A DNA stretch of 64,000 nucleotides, taken from positions 186,001 to 250,000 of IMG/VR virus record IMGVR_UViG_3300030041_000009. One strand, written 5' to 3'. Of this stretch, positions 1 through 11,151 are shown piece after piece (the stretch's first letter is position 1; every line of letters starts with the position of its first letter). The notes below the pieces were generated by a model. That model ran no database searches, was not told where the DNA came from, and worked only from the letters and a program-made list of their open reading frames with translations. Both the position numbers and the translations under genes were made by a program.

Positions 1-59
1 GAGATATGATTCAGATGAAGAAGATGATATAAAAAAGTTTTTAAAATCATTTAGAAGGC

Positions 60-305
60 ATGATAGCGTTATATGCTTTGAGTAGCAAAAAAATAATAAG
101 AGTTACGAAGGAAGAACTCAATGTATTAATAGGAGAAAAATTTGAAATTCTTTATGATGATGACGAAATAGTTCATGATCCAACTTTACCAAATGAATGG
201 AGATATGATGATGATGAATATGAAGAAATAACAAGATGGTTAGAATTATATAGAATATTAAAAGATCCTGAACAAGTTAATCAAACAATTAAATTTAACT
301 TATGA
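60..305 (+). CDS. KFNL-tag family protein (probably 5'-truncated by the window edge)
   Basis: Ends QTIKFNL; ATGA overlap with next gene; frame is open to the window start. Confidence 0.7.
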   Translation: MIALYALSSKKIIRVTKEELNVLIGEKFEILYDDDEIVHDPTLPNEWRYDDDEYEEITRWLELYRILKDPEQVNQTIKFNL

Positions 306-799
306 AATATATAAAAAGGTTTGAAAGTTTAGATCAAAATGATGCTGAATTTTATTTAGAAGTTACACCAGAAATTGCACTTAGTTTTTGTAATGGTAAG
401 CCGTTACCTTCTGATGATCCTATACCATTAAATCATCAAATTTTAGAATATGCATTTGGAATGGCTGATGATGTAACAGATAATGATTATATCTCTGCTG
501 CTATAGATGTTTGCGATTGGTTTGATGGTACTCCAAAATCAATAAAAGATGGAGTAAATGCTATCAATCAATATGAATTTGATTATGTAAGTGAAGGACC
601 AGATTTTGTATTAGGAGTCAATTACGATGGTGAATCAGCAGAATTTGGAGATATTCATGTATTTTTAAAAGATTATAGAAAAATTGAAGTAGTTTTTGTT
701 TATGATTGTAAGAAGGAAAAATTTATGACTCCGAAATATTTTAGAAATATTTATAGTATTCCTGGATTATATAATAATATAGATAAATTTAACTTATGA
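302..799 (+). CDS. MKYIK..FE / KFNL tagged acidic protein
   Basis: Starts MKYIKRFE, ends DKFNL. Confidence 0.85.
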   Translation: MKYIKRFESLDQNDAEFYLEVTPEIALSFCNGKPLPSDDPIPLNHQILEYAFGMADDVTDNDYISAAIDVCDWFDGTPKSIKDGVNAINQYEFDYVSEGPDFVLGVNYDGESAEFGDIHVFLKDYRKIEVVFVYDCKKEKFMTPKYFRNIYSIPGLYNNIDKFNL

Positions 800-1047
800 A
801 ATATATAAAAAGATTTGAAAAGAAATTATTTAATCCTAACGATTGTAAAGTTGGTGATTATATAAAATATAGACAAAATAACTATACATTTGATGCTAAA
901 ATAATTAAAAAAGACGAGTCATTTTATTTAGTTCAAAATGAAATATGTAAAATTGGAATTATTAAAGAACAAATTTTAAGATTTTTAACTTCATTAGAAA
1001 TTGAAAATTTTGAATTATTATTAAATACCAATAAATTTAATTTATGA
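796..1047 (+). CDS. MKYIK/KFNL tagged protein, SH3/KOW-like (VGDY) cargo
   Basis: MKYIKRFE...KVGDYIK...NKFNL. Confidence 0.85.
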   Translation: MKYIKRFEKKLFNPNDCKVGDYIKYRQNNYTFDAKIIKKDESFYLVQNEICKIGIIKEQILRFLTSLEIENFELLLNTNKFNL

Positions 1048-1355
1048 AATATATAAAGAAATTTGAAAATAATATTGATTTACCAGAAGTTGGTGATTAT
1101 GTTTTAATGAATAGTTATAGTACTAATAGCGTTATAAATTTTGTAACTAAAAATTTTGGTAGATTAACAGCTGTAGAATTCGATCCAAATTTAAAAAAAT
1201 ATAAATGTAGAGTTAGATATGAAAATATACCAGATAATATAGATTTATTTTTTCATGATGGTACAAGAATTTTTGATATCGAATTATTAGTGGAATATGG
1301 AAAAACAATTGAAGAATTAAAATTGAAATTACAAGCAAATAAATTTAACTTATGA
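1044..1355 (+). CDS. MKYIK/KFNL tagged protein, VGDYV subfamily
   Basis: MKYIKKFE..PEVGDYVLM...ANKFNL. Confidence 0.85.
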   Translation: MKYIKKFENNIDLPEVGDYVLMNSYSTNSVINFVTKNFGRLTAVEFDPNLKKYKCRVRYENIPDNIDLFFHDGTRIFDIELLVEYGKTIEELKLKLQANKFNL

Positions 1356-1687
1356 AATATATAAAGAAATTTGAAAATATTAAAGATGAACCAAAAGTAG
1401 GAGATTATGTATTAATGAAATCTTCCATGCAGAATAAAGAAATGACTGATTTTATTGATAATACTATTGGTAAAATTATAAAAATTGAAATAAAATATCA
1501 TTTCAATACAGTAAGTGTTGAATACGAAGATATACCTATGGAGATTGCAAGTTTATTTGGATATGAGAATTATAATCTTAATCATAATATTGGATTTAGA
1601 GAATTTTTATATAGTAGTATTATTGATTATTCTGAAAATAAAGAAGATTTAGAATATAAAATAAAAGCAAAAAATTTTAATCTATGA
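1352..1687 (+). CDS. MKYIK/KFNL tagged protein, VGDYV subfamily
   Basis: MKYIKKFE..PKVGDYVLM...KNFNL. Confidence 0.85.
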   Translation: MKYIKKFENIKDEPKVGDYVLMKSSMQNKEMTDFIDNTIGKIIKIEIKYHFNTVSVEYEDIPMEIASLFGYENYNLNHNIGFREFLYSSIIDYSENKEDLEYKIKAKNFNL

Positions 1688-2022
1688 AATATATAAATAC
1701 ATTTGAAAAATATGGTGATTGGAAATATGAGGATAAATATTGGCAAGTAACATTATTGCAACCATATTTTAGATTGTCTTTAAAAAAGATAGGAGTACCA
1801 GATGATTTAATTGAAGATTGGTGCCTTTGGTATACTAATGAAAATGTTCTTGTATATATTTATAAAGAAAAAGTTAAACAATATAATAGCTTAACAGATG
1901 ATTATGATGAATATTTTGAATGGATTTTAAAATTAGAACCAGATAATAGAGATCATGCATTATTTATGGGAAAGGTTAAACTTCAAGATTTTGAACTGAC
2001 ATCAGATAAATTCAACTTATAA
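1684..2022 (+). CDS. MKYI/KFNL tagged protein
   Basis: MKYINTFE...DKFNL. Confidence 0.85.
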   Translation: MKYINTFEKYGDWKYEDKYWQVTLLQPYFRLSLKKIGVPDDLIEDWCLWYTNENVLVYIYKEKVKQYNSLTDDYDEYFEWILKLEPDNRDHALFMGKVKLQDFELTSDKFNL

Positions 2023-2085
2023 AAATTAATATATAATAATCATTAACAAAGTATTACAATTAAAAATTAATATTAATATACACTA

Positions 2086-2295
2086 ATGAAAGTTAGAATA
2101 TTAGAGTTATCACAAATAACTAAAGAAATCGTGACATCTAAATTATCTGAAAAAAATTTAGATTTGGATATGATAGATGAATATCTTGATATCTTATCTG
2201 CTATAAATAATAATCAGAGTGTATATAATATATCAACCACTGAAGGTGATTATATATTAATAATAACAGATAATCAATATAAAAAATTATCATAA
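2086..2295 (+). CDS. hypothetical protein
   Basis: ORF downstream of TAATATATA motif at 2027. Confidence 0.6.
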   Translation: MKVRILELSQITKEIVTSKLSEKNLDLDMIDEYLDILSAINNNQSVYNISTTEGDYILIITDNQYKKLS

Positions 2296-2304
2296 ACTAT
2301 TTAT

Positions 2305-2811
2305 ATGAAATATTTAAAAACGTTTGAAAAACAGAAAGAGAGAGAAATTACTTTATATAAGAATAAAGATTTTAATATTACTATAAATAACAGTAACGGA
2401 AATATGACTTATGGTACTAATTATCGGTCATGCTCTCCAATTTATGGTATTATTGAACAAATAATAGAAAAATCTGAATGCTTAAATGATCCTGAATTAA
2501 GAAAAATTATAATAACAGAAAAAGAGAGGGAATCAGCTATGCAATCAATGAATCCAAAATATTCAGTTAATAGAATTAAATATCATACATCACCAATTAA
2601 TGGATTTATAGGAGGTCCATCAAAAATTGAGATTAGGAAAATGCCAGATAACGTATACACTGAATTAACTGAAATATATTCACCTATAATAGAAAATATT
2701 ATTAAAAAATCTAAAACAATGGGTGATATAATTGATGAATTCAAAATTTTATATGATGTTATAACTGAAAATTTACCTCTTCATTTAGCATCTTCAAACT
2801 TTAACTTATAA
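2305..2811 (+). CDS. MKYLK/NFNL tagged protein
   Basis: MKYLKTFE...SSNFNL. Confidence 0.85.
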   Translation: MKYLKTFEKQKEREITLYKNKDFNITINNSNGNMTYGTNYRSCSPIYGIIEQIIEKSECLNDPELRKIIITEKERESAMQSMNPKYSVNRIKYHTSPINGFIGGPSKIEIRKMPDNVYTELTEIYSPIIENIIKKSKTMGDIIDEFKILYDVITENLPLHLASSNFNL

Positions 2812-2843
2812 AAAAGAATCAATTTAATTGATGCTTTTTTTAA

Positions 2844-3533
2844 TTATTTCCATTTTTGTATAAACTTTATTTCTTGACTTCTAAATAAAATATCTAATCT
2901 ATACCCATCACAAGTAAGAATTTTTCCTGCAAAGTATTTAAATTTAATTTTACCATAATGACCTTCTGATTCAAACATTTTTTTAGCACATATTTTTAAT
3001 AATTTCTTATGCTTTCTTGAAAGTCTTTTATGCTCAATCTCCCACATTGAATGATTTGGATTTTTTGGCTTTGTAAAGTGATGTTTTTTACAATAATAAT
3101 TACCTTTATAATCAGTACTATATGCGGTTGGTTTACCACATTTACAACATTTAGTTAAAGGTTCAAATACAGTCGCTGAATATGAGCAATGTTTACAATA
3201 TGCATAACCATCTGTTCTATCTCTACGTTCCATTTCATGATTACAAGTTATAATCTTTTGAAATTTTTTCCAAGCACTTTCTTCAGCTTCTTCAATTGTT
3301 TTACCTTCTCCACGAATAAAGCAATCTGGAGTTTTAGGAAATGCTTCAAAAAATGCGGTAGTATAAGTTTCTTTACTTGATATTCCTTCTGATAATCCTT
3401 CTATTGGATTTCCAGAAAATAATTTATCAAAACTACCTGATGGTAAAACGATTCCAGATTCTCCACCTTGACAAAAACAATTCCAATCATATTTAGAATC
3501 ATAATCATTTTTGCTTGACATTCTTACTTTCAT
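2844..3533 (-). CDS. hypothetical protein with Cys/His (Zn-binding) C-terminal half
   Basis: 229-aa ORF; CxH, CxxC, CxxC, CxxH motifs. Confidence 0.7.
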   Translation of the reverse strand: MKVRMSSKNDYDSKYDWNCFCQGGESGIVLPSGSFDKLFSGNPIEGLSEGISSKETYTTAFFEAFPKTPDCFIRGEGKTIEEAEESAWKKFQKIITCNHEMERRDRTDGYAYCKHCSYSATVFEPLTKCCKCGKPTAYSTDYKGNYYCKKHHFTKPKNPNHSMWEIEHKRLSRKHKKLLKICAKKMFESEGHYGKIKFKYFAGKILTCDGYRLDILFRSQEIKFIQKWK

Positions 3534-3534
3534 A

Positions 3535-3747
3535 TTAAAATATTTTTAATTTTTTTAATTTCATTTTTCTAATTTGATTTTCATCATAAAAATACTCATA
3601 TAACTTTGAATTTTTATCTAACTTAAAATGTATCCATGAGTTACTATCAATGATCATGTTTATAGTATTATCTCTACCTAATTCACTTTCATAATATTCA
3701 CCAAATATAAAATATGATAAATATGTCTTTTTACATAGATATTTCAT
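3535..3747 (-). CDS. MKYLCKK family small protein with RKxKL tail
   Basis: MKYLCKK...YEYF...IRKMKLKKL; TATCTTTG promoter box at 3762-3769. Confidence 0.8.
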   Translation of the reverse strand: MKYLCKKTYLSYFIFGEYYESELGRDNTINMIIDSNSWIHFKLDKNSKLYEYFYDENQIRKMKLKKLKIF

Positions 3748-3910
3748 ATTAATCTTTTTTACAAAGATACAATAAATTTTTAAAAATATGACTTTTTTAT
3801 AAATTATTATTATAAATATTATTACGATGTAAAATATATTAACAAATTCATATTAAATATATAAACAAAATGTTGAAAATATACTAAATAGATAAAAATA
3901 ATTAACATGA

Positions 3911-5356
3911 ATGAATGAAAATGAAATAAGTGAAATAATAAGTGAAATAATAAATGAAAGTAATAATTTTGATTCAAATGATATTGAATTAATAAAAAAA
4001 CAAGGAGTTGTATTTACAAAAAGTATAGTATGTGAACAAATAATTGAATATTTAGAGCCAAAAATAACAGATATTATTTGTGAACCAAGTGTTGGTAAAG
4101 GTTCTTTTGTGTTTAGTCTTTTAGAATATTTTAGAAAACAAAATGTCGAATTAAATGATATGATATTTTTTGTTGAAAATAGATTATATTGTTATGATAT
4201 CGATATTAATTTTATAAATATTTTAAAAGAATTATTAAATAGATATTTTAATGTATTAGGATATAATAATCAATTATTATTAGTAAATATACAAAATAGT
4301 GATTTTTTATTTGTTGACATGAAATTTGATATCATATTTGGAAATCCTCCATATGTAAGAATTCAAAATTTAGAAAATGATTATGTTAATAAATTAAAAG
4401 AATTAAATTTTGAAACTATTAAAAAAGGAAATATAGATTTATATTATGCATTTATTGAAAAATCATTAAAAATTAGTAAGAAAGTAGGATTTATTATACC
4501 TAATTCATTTTTAATAAATAAAACAGGAGAAATATTAAGAGAAATTATAAATAATAGATTATTAAAAATATATGATAATAAAAATAATAAAATTTGGGAT
4601 AATATTTCAGCTTATACATGTATAATAATTTGTAATGATATAATTAATGATACTTTTGAATATGAAACAGAATCAGTTTCACAGATATTAAGTAAGAAAA
4701 ATTGTAATTGGTTTAAACAAGAGACATCAAATAATTTAAAAAATATAATTAAATATGCAAATGGCGGAATAGCAACACTTAGAGATAAAATTTACAAATT
4801 TGATTATTCTGATGATAATTATGTTTATAAAAATGATTCTAATATTAAAATAGAAAAAAATATTTGTAAAAAGGCATATAAATCAACTACTAAAAAAGAT
4901 TATTGGTTCATATATCCTTATATTAATAATAAAATTATAACTAAAGATATTTTAATTGAAGATTTTCCGTTAGCATATAAATATCTATTAGATAATAAAT
5001 ATGAATTAAATAAAAGAGATAATGGTAATATTACTAAATTATCTAAATATGATGCATGGTACGGATACGGTAGAAAACAAGGCTTATTAAAAGAACTGAA
5101 TGAAAATGAGATTCAGATAATATTACCTATTACATTTATAAAGGGCAAAATTCATTATAAAATAATGAAATCTCCTACGTTAATATTATCTGGATTATCT
5201 GTTGTTATGGATAAAAAAAATGTTGACTCATTTATTGAAATTATAGAAAGTGAAGATTTTCATAATTATTTAGAAAAAAATAATAAAGTATTATTTGATA
5301 CTGATAAAGAAAAAATATGGTTGACATTAACTACAACATCATTGATAAATTATTAA
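3911..5356 (+). CDS. Orphan N6-adenine DNA methyltransferase (Eco57I/TaqI-like, gamma class)
   Basis: GVVFT, motif I EPSVGKGSF, motif IV GNPPY, DLYYAFIE, FIIPNSF; no adjacent endonuclease recognised. Confidence 0.88.
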   Translation: MNENEISEIISEIINESNNFDSNDIELIKKQGVVFTKSIVCEQIIEYLEPKITDIICEPSVGKGSFVFSLLEYFRKQNVELNDMIFFVENRLYCYDIDINFINILKELLNRYFNVLGYNNQLLLVNIQNSDFLFVDMKFDIIFGNPPYVRIQNLENDYVNKLKELNFETIKKGNIDLYYAFIEKSLKISKKVGFIIPNSFLINKTGEILREIINNRLLKIYDNKNNKIWDNISAYTCIIICNDIINDTFEYETESVSQILSKKNCNWFKQETSNNLKNIIKYANGGIATLRDKIYKFDYSDDNYVYKNDSNIKIEKNICKKAYKSTTKKDYWFIYPYINNKIITKDILIEDFPLAYKYLLDNKYELNKRDNGNITKLSKYDAWYGYGRKQGLLKELNENEIQIILPITFIKGKIHYKIMKSPTLILSGLSVVMDKKNVDSFIEIIESEDFHNYLEKNNKVLFDTDKEKIWLTLTTTSLINY

Positions 5357-5410
5357 ATAAAAAACCGATTTAAATTTGTATTATATACAAAAAATAAACG
5401 AATGTTTAAA

Positions 5411-5620
5411 TTATTTGAATTCTTGTAATTTTGCTAGCTTTTTTCTTCTAATTTCTGGCATTGTTTCAAAATAGTCATGAATATTTCCTGTTTTAATTTC
5501 AGGAAAGTCAAAAAACATATGTTGATTTATTATTATAAAACCTTCATAATCATAGTTCTCACTATAATAATATTTTCCTACAATAAAATCTGGATATGAT
5601 TTTTTACATAGATATTTCAT
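5411..5620 (-). CDS. MKYLCKK family protein with RKxKL tail
   Basis: MKYLCKK...IRRKKLAKL. Confidence 0.8.
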   Translation of the reverse strand: MKYLCKKSYPDFIVGKYYYSENYDYEGFIIINQHMFFDFPEIKTGNIHDYFETMPEIRRKKLAKLQEFK

Positions 5621-5858
5621 ATAACTTTTTTAATTTAAGTTTTCGTAGTTCTTGAATATTACTAAAATATTCATATAATTTTGGATCTATTATAGTGTTA
5701 TTATCTAAAATAAATTTAGTGCTATTAATTAAAATATATTTATAATTATAGTTAATATTTCTATATGACATATTATCAGAATGAATATTATTATCAGAAT
5801 AATAATACTTTCCTACAATAAAATTTTCATTATATGCTTTTTTACATAGATATTTCAT
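5604..5858 (-). CDS. MKYLCKK family protein with RKxKL tail
   Basis: Near-identical paralog of 5842-6078. Confidence 0.8.
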   Translation of the reverse strand: MKYLCKKAYNENFIVGKYYYSDNNIHSDNMSYRNINYNYKYILINSTKFILDNNTIIDPKLYEYFSNIQELRKLKLKKLYEISM

Positions 5859-6078
5859 CTAATTTTTTTAATTTAAGTTTTCGTAGTTCTTGAATATTAC
5901 TAAAATATTCATATAATTTTGGATCTATTCTAGTGTCATCATCATCTAAAATAAATTTAGTGCTATTAATTAAAATATATTTATAATTATAGTTAATATT
6001 TCTATATGATATATTATCAGAATAATAATATTCTCCTACAATAAAATCAATATAATATTTTTTACATAGATATCTCAT
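5842..6078 (-). CDS. MRYLCKK family protein with RKxKL tail
   Basis: Ends ELRKLKLKKL; promoter box at 6097-6104. Confidence 0.8.
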   Translation of the reverse strand: MRYLCKKYYIDFIVGEYYYSDNISYRNINYNYKYILINSTKFILDDDDTRIDPKLYEYFSNIQELRKLKLKKLDEISM

Positions 6079-6111
6079 AAATTATCTTATTTGAAACAAA
6101 GATACAATAAA

Positions 6112-6327
6112 TTATTTAAATTCTTTCAATTTTTCCAATTTTATTTTTCGTATTTCTGTTTCGGTATAAAAATATTTATAAATTTTTGGCTCTGATAACA
6201 TATTATTATTAGCAACGAAATATAACTCTTCAATTTTAACATAATTTTTAGTAGATGTTAAATAATAATCATAAAAATTTCCAGCTATAATTTCTTTTGA
6301 GTATGTTTTTTTGCATAAATATTTCAT
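6112..6327 (-). CDS. MKYLCKK family protein with RKxKL tail
   Basis: Family start MKYLCKK (third codon of the called ORF); ends IRKIKLEKL. Confidence 0.8.
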   Translation of the reverse strand: MKYLCKKTYSKEIIAGNFYDYYLTSTKNYVKIEELYFVANNNMLSEPKIYKYFYTETEIRKIKLEKLKEFK

Positions 6328-6527
6328 TTGCACTTATTCATTATATTTAATATTTCATATTTATCAGTAATATTATATTTTTTTAAATCTTTCATAATAT
6401 TAAGAGAGAATGTATCTTCAAATAATACTACATCACTTTTAAAATAATTAAAAAAACTTAAATAATCATCTAAATTTGCAATGTTTCTAAGTGAATCTTT
6501 TGATATAAATCTTTTATTGAATCCCAT
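6324..6527 (-). CDS. hypothetical protein
   Basis: 67-aa ORF overlapping the next gene's start. Confidence 0.6.
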   Translation of the reverse strand: MGFNKRFISKDSLRNIANLDDYLSFFNYFKSDVVLFEDTFSLNIMKDLKKYNITDKYEILNIMNKCK

Positions 6528-6679
6528 AATTTTATATTTTTACTTTATATAAATATTAGATTGATATGTTTTATATTTAATAATATTTAACTACAATATA
6601 ATGGTAATAATTGTTATATATTTTTATATATCAGATTTTTGTAGTATCTTTGTGTATCAATAATTTAAAACATAAACAT

Positions 6680-7450
6680 ATGAAACTAATTGGATTTGCA
6701 AATAAATTTTATACTCTTTGGAGTTATTCAGAAGAACCTTTGTATAGAACAATTAACACTGAATCATATCAATATGGTATTAAACAGAATTATAATTATA
6801 TAAAAAATATTTCTTTTGATTTAGATAAAGTAAAAGAACTTTACCCTGACGTGAAAATTGATGAAGAATTAAAAGGAAAAAGTCAAAGTTGGTCAAAAGA
6901 GCCAAAATTTGAATATCCAGATAAATATTTTCATTTTGGTAAATATGAAAGTCAACTTATTAGTGAATGTAAAGATCAATCTTACTTGATATGGTATTTT
7001 GAAACTGGTGTTTATGGTGAACGTTATGAAATAGTTAAAAATAGATTAATTGAATTAGGTTGTTATTTTTATAATGATATATTATTTACATCAAAAGAAT
7101 TACTTGATCAAAATATTGAACATGAAAAAAAAGAATTTGATAATAAAAAAATAATTGCAGAAACTTATGAAAAATATAAAATTTCTGGTATTTTTTCACA
7201 TAATTTTTATCATTCTTTAAATAGTGAAGGAAATTATAGAGACAATTCATTTGAATTCAGATTCAATGAATATTCTCAACAATCTTATTCTGGTTATGAT
7301 TATGGATTACCATTAATGAATGGTAAATCAAAAAGAATAAAAAATAAAGTTCTCGAAATGGAAGTTATTACAGAAGAAGATAAAACTTTTGGAGATAAAT
7401 ATTTTAGAGTTTTAAGCCTTAAATCAGTAAAAAATATAGAAAATGACTAA
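6680..7450 (+). CDS. hypothetical protein (probable start MKLIGF at 6680)
   Basis: TATCTTTG promoter box at 6645-6652 lies inside the longer called ORF, favouring the ATG at 6680. Confidence 0.7.
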   Translation: MKLIGFANKFYTLWSYSEEPLYRTINTESYQYGIKQNYNYIKNISFDLDKVKELYPDVKIDEELKGKSQSWSKEPKFEYPDKYFHFGKYESQLISECKDQSYLIWYFETGVYGERYEIVKNRLIELGCYFYNDILFTSKELLDQNIEHEKKEFDNKKIIAETYEKYKISGIFSHNFYHSLNSEGNYRDNSFEFRFNEYSQQSYSGYDYGLPLMNGKSKRIKNKVLEMEVITEEDKTFGDKYFRVLSLKSVKNIEND

Positions 7451-8249
7451 TCAAGAATTGATACATGTATTTGAAGACACCAAATCACATAGTTCAGAAA
7501 TGCTAAATTCAGAAACTACATTACATTTATTTGACGAACGATTAATGTCAGATATTAGGATTCCTTGTTATGAAAATATACAGGTTATAAATTCTGATAG
7601 TGTATCTGCAGTTACAGAATATAGTAAATTAGGTAAAACTTGCGTTCTTAATATGGCATCATATAAACATCCAGGTGGCGGAGTTGCAAGAGGATCAAAA
7701 GCACAAGAAGAATGCTTATTTAGATGCTCAAATTTAACTCATGTTATTAATACTGATAACTATCCATTAGGAGACGATAAAGCGTTATATACAAAGAATG
7801 CTGTGTTTTTCAAAGATGTAAATTATAATTATATAAATGAAGTTGAGTCAGATGTTGTAACTATTGCAGCATTAAATCTTAATAATGTAGAAGTTGATTT
7901 TAATGATTATTCTGATACAATTACAAAAGATAATATATCATCAATTAATATTAATTCTGAAAAAATAACGAAATGGGATTATGAAGAACTCACCAAAGAA
8001 AAAATAAGATTAATACTATCTCTTGCTATTAAAAATGATGTAGATATTATAATTTTAGGTTCATTTGGATGTGGAGTATTCAAAAATGATCCTGAAGAAA
8101 TGGCTAAAATGTTCAAACATTTATTAGTAAATGAAGGATATTCTAAATATTTTGAAAAAGTTATATTTGCCATTATCAATGATAGAAACTCAGTAGGTAA
8201 TAATTATGAAATTTTCAAAAATGTTTTTAGTAATTACTATTTAATTTAA
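7443..8249 (+). CDS. TIGR02452/DUF2263-like microbial PARG (macro-domain ADP-ribose glycohydrolase)
   Basis: VLNMAS..PGGG..GSKAQEECLFRCSNL signature; ILGSFGCGVFKNDP. Confidence 0.88.
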   Translation: MTNQELIHVFEDTKSHSSEMLNSETTLHLFDERLMSDIRIPCYENIQVINSDSVSAVTEYSKLGKTCVLNMASYKHPGGGVARGSKAQEECLFRCSNLTHVINTDNYPLGDDKALYTKNAVFFKDVNYNYINEVESDVVTIAALNLNNVEVDFNDYSDTITKDNISSININSEKITKWDYEELTKEKIRLILSLAIKNDVDIIILGSFGCGVFKNDPEEMAKMFKHLLVNEGYSKYFEKVIFAIINDRNSVGNNYEIFKNVFSNYYLI

Positions 8250-8253
8250 TAAA

Positions 8254-9012
8254 ATGAAAAACGCGTTAAGTTTATTACGGTCAAAAAAATTAACTGATAC
8301 TATTAATATGTTATATAAAGATGGTGATTTAGATATAATTTTACCAGAATTATGTAATTTACATACAACTACTAATGGTCATAAAAATAATTATTACCAT
8401 ACATTAGGCGTACTTAATAACGTGATTGAATATGATAATGATAACTTAAAAATGAAAATTGTTGCAGTATTACATGATATTGGTAAAATTTCTGTTAGAT
8501 CTAAAAATGATGATGGAAATTGGACATTTCATGATCATGAAAATGTAGGTGCAAAAATGGTAAAAAAAATATTAAAAAGATTTAATATAACTAATAAGAA
8601 AACTATTGATTATGTTTATAGAATGGTCAAATATCATGGTAGAGTAAAGATGCATAGGGATGTAACAGAATCAGCTATAAGAAGGTTAGATTTAGAAGTT
8701 GGACATGATATAGTATTAGAGTTAATTGAGTTCTGTAAGTGTGATATAACCACTAAATATGATGATAAAAGACAACGTATTATATCAGGATTGGATGAAA
8801 TAAAAAATAGAATATTGGAAGTTCGTAAGAAAGATAATGAATCTAAATGGAGATCACCAATAACAGGAACTATTATTATGGGAATGTTAAATATTACTAC
8901 TGGTAGAATGGTTGGTGATATAAAGAAAGTAACTGATGAAAAAATAAAATCAGGAGAATGGACTGAAGAAGATGCCATCAATTATATTAAAACATTTAAA
9001 AATGAAAACTAA
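8254..9012 (+). CDS. HD-domain phosphohydrolase resembling the C-terminal half of CCA-adding enzymes
   Basis: ILPEL, HKNNYYHTL, AVLHDIGK, WTFHDHENVGA, VTESAIRRL, CDITT, SPITG. Confidence 0.85.
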   Translation: MKNALSLLRSKKLTDTINMLYKDGDLDIILPELCNLHTTTNGHKNNYYHTLGVLNNVIEYDNDNLKMKIVAVLHDIGKISVRSKNDDGNWTFHDHENVGAKMVKKILKRFNITNKKTIDYVYRMVKYHGRVKMHRDVTESAIRRLDLEVGHDIVLELIEFCKCDITTKYDDKRQRIISGLDEIKNRILEVRKKDNESKWRSPITGTIIMGMLNITTGRMVGDIKKVTDEKIKSGEWTEEDAINYIKTFKNEN

Positions 9013-9178
9013 AAGTTGCGCTGGCTGCGCATAATAGTGAAGGTGGATTTAGTTGTAATTCACGTATGATTTTTAAAAAAACTGAATATGAAGTACTAGA
9101 TAGAAAATTAGATCAATATGTTAAACAAAAACCTATTGCTGATAATTGCAAAGTTAAAACATTAACAGAAATGATTAA

Positions 9179-9742
<564 letters not shown>

Positions 9743-9871
9743 ATTTTATTAAGGTCATCATGATCAGTTATTGAGTAGATTAAAAATAATATGTAGTGTA
9801 ATTAGCACTTTTGATATCCAAGAAAGAATAACAATTAAGCTCAAAAGGTCCTGTAAAATCAGGCATATTTA

Positions 9872-9903
9872 GAAAAAGATGATATATATGTATCATCTTT
9901 TTT
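9872..9903. terminator. intrinsic terminator
   Basis: AAAAAGATGATA..TATCATCTTTTTT hairpin. Confidence 0.7.
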
Positions 9904-9948
9904 GTTTTTATGACCATATATAATAAATATATAAAAATAAAAATAGGA

Positions 9949-10821
9949 ATGAATAATGTATTAATAACAGGAGGCGCTGGATTTGTAGGAACTAATCTTA
10001 TTAAATATTTAAAGAAAAATTATAAAGATATAAATATAACATCATTAGATAATTATTTCACAGGCAAAAAAGAAAATCATATAGATGGGGTAACATATTA
10101 TGATGGTAATACATGGGATGCTCCTGAAATATTTAAAGATAAAGAATTTGATGTAGTATTTCATTTTGGTGAATATTCAAGAATAGTAAAATCTTTTGAT
10201 GATATTAAATATGTAGAAAAAACTATTTTATATGGAACTCCAATAATAATGGAATTATGTAGAAAATGGAATGCCAAATTAATATATTCTGCATCTTCTT
10301 CTAAATTTGGAAATAACGGAGAAAATGAAAATTTAGCTCCTTATTCATGGATGAAAGCAAAAATAGTTGAACTAATTAAAAATTATAATACTTGGTATAA
10401 TTTACAATATGAAATTTGTTATTTTTTTAATGTGTATGGAGAAGGACAAATAACTACAGGTGATTATGCTACTGTAATTGGTATATTTGAGCAGCAAATT
10501 AAAGAAGGTAATAAATGTACAGTTGTTGAGCCAGGTACTCAGAGTAGAGATTTTACACACATTGAGGACATTGTGAGAGGTGTAGTATTATCATCATTCA
10601 CAAATATGAATCATGAATGGTATTTAAGATCTGGAATAAATACTACGATTATTGATGTTGCTAAAATGTTTGGAGATTTTGAATTTATTCCTAAAAGAAG
10701 AGGTGAAAGATATACTTCAGAAGAATTTGAAACTGATACTGAAAGTGAATTAAAATGGATACCAGAACATAAATTAGAAGATTGGATAAAAATAATAAAA
10801 AACAAAAAGAGAGATATTTAA
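9949..10821 (+). CDS. NAD-dependent nucleotide-sugar epimerase/dehydratase
   Basis: VLITGGAGFVG, SASSS, YSWMK (YxxxK), FNVYG, SRDFTH; probable start MNNVLITGG. Confidence 0.9.
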   Translation: MNNVLITGGAGFVGTNLIKYLKKNYKDINITSLDNYFTGKKENHIDGVTYYDGNTWDAPEIFKDKEFDVVFHFGEYSRIVKSFDDIKYVEKTILYGTPIIMELCRKWNAKLIYSASSSKFGNNGENENLAPYSWMKAKIVELIKNYNTWYNLQYEICYFFNVYGEGQITTGDYATVIGIFEQQIKEGNKCTVVEPGTQSRDFTHIEDIVRGVVLSSFTNMNHEWYLRSGINTTIIDVAKMFGDFEFIPKRRGERYTSEEFETDTESELKWIPEHKLEDWIKIIKNKKRDI

Positions 10822-10833
10822 TATCTCTATTTT

Positions 10834-11142
10834 TTAATAATTTATACCCTTAATAAACCGCATATAATCACAAAATTTTTCACCTCTTGCCATCATAGTA
10901 TTATCTTTTAAATAAAAATCTATTTGTTTTTTACAAATTTTTGATAATTTATTGTCATAAAAATCACAAATCAAATCATCATCATACTCAGATAAATCAT
11001 CAGATTGAATATTGTCTATTTCAATAATATTATTTTTAAAATCTTGATTAGACATATTACTATTATATTTGGATAAAAGATTAAATATAATATTAGTTAT
11101 CTTAATATCATCTACATATAAATTTAAATAGTTATTTTTCAT
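10834..11142 (-). CDS. hypothetical protein
   Basis: 102-aa ORF. Confidence 0.6.
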   Translation of the reverse strand: MKNNYLNLYVDDIKITNIIFNLLSKYNSNMSNQDFKNNIIEIDNIQSDDLSEYDDDLICDFYDNKLSKICKKQIDFYLKDNTMMARGEKFCDYMRFIKGINY

Positions 11143-11151
11143 ACAATTGTA

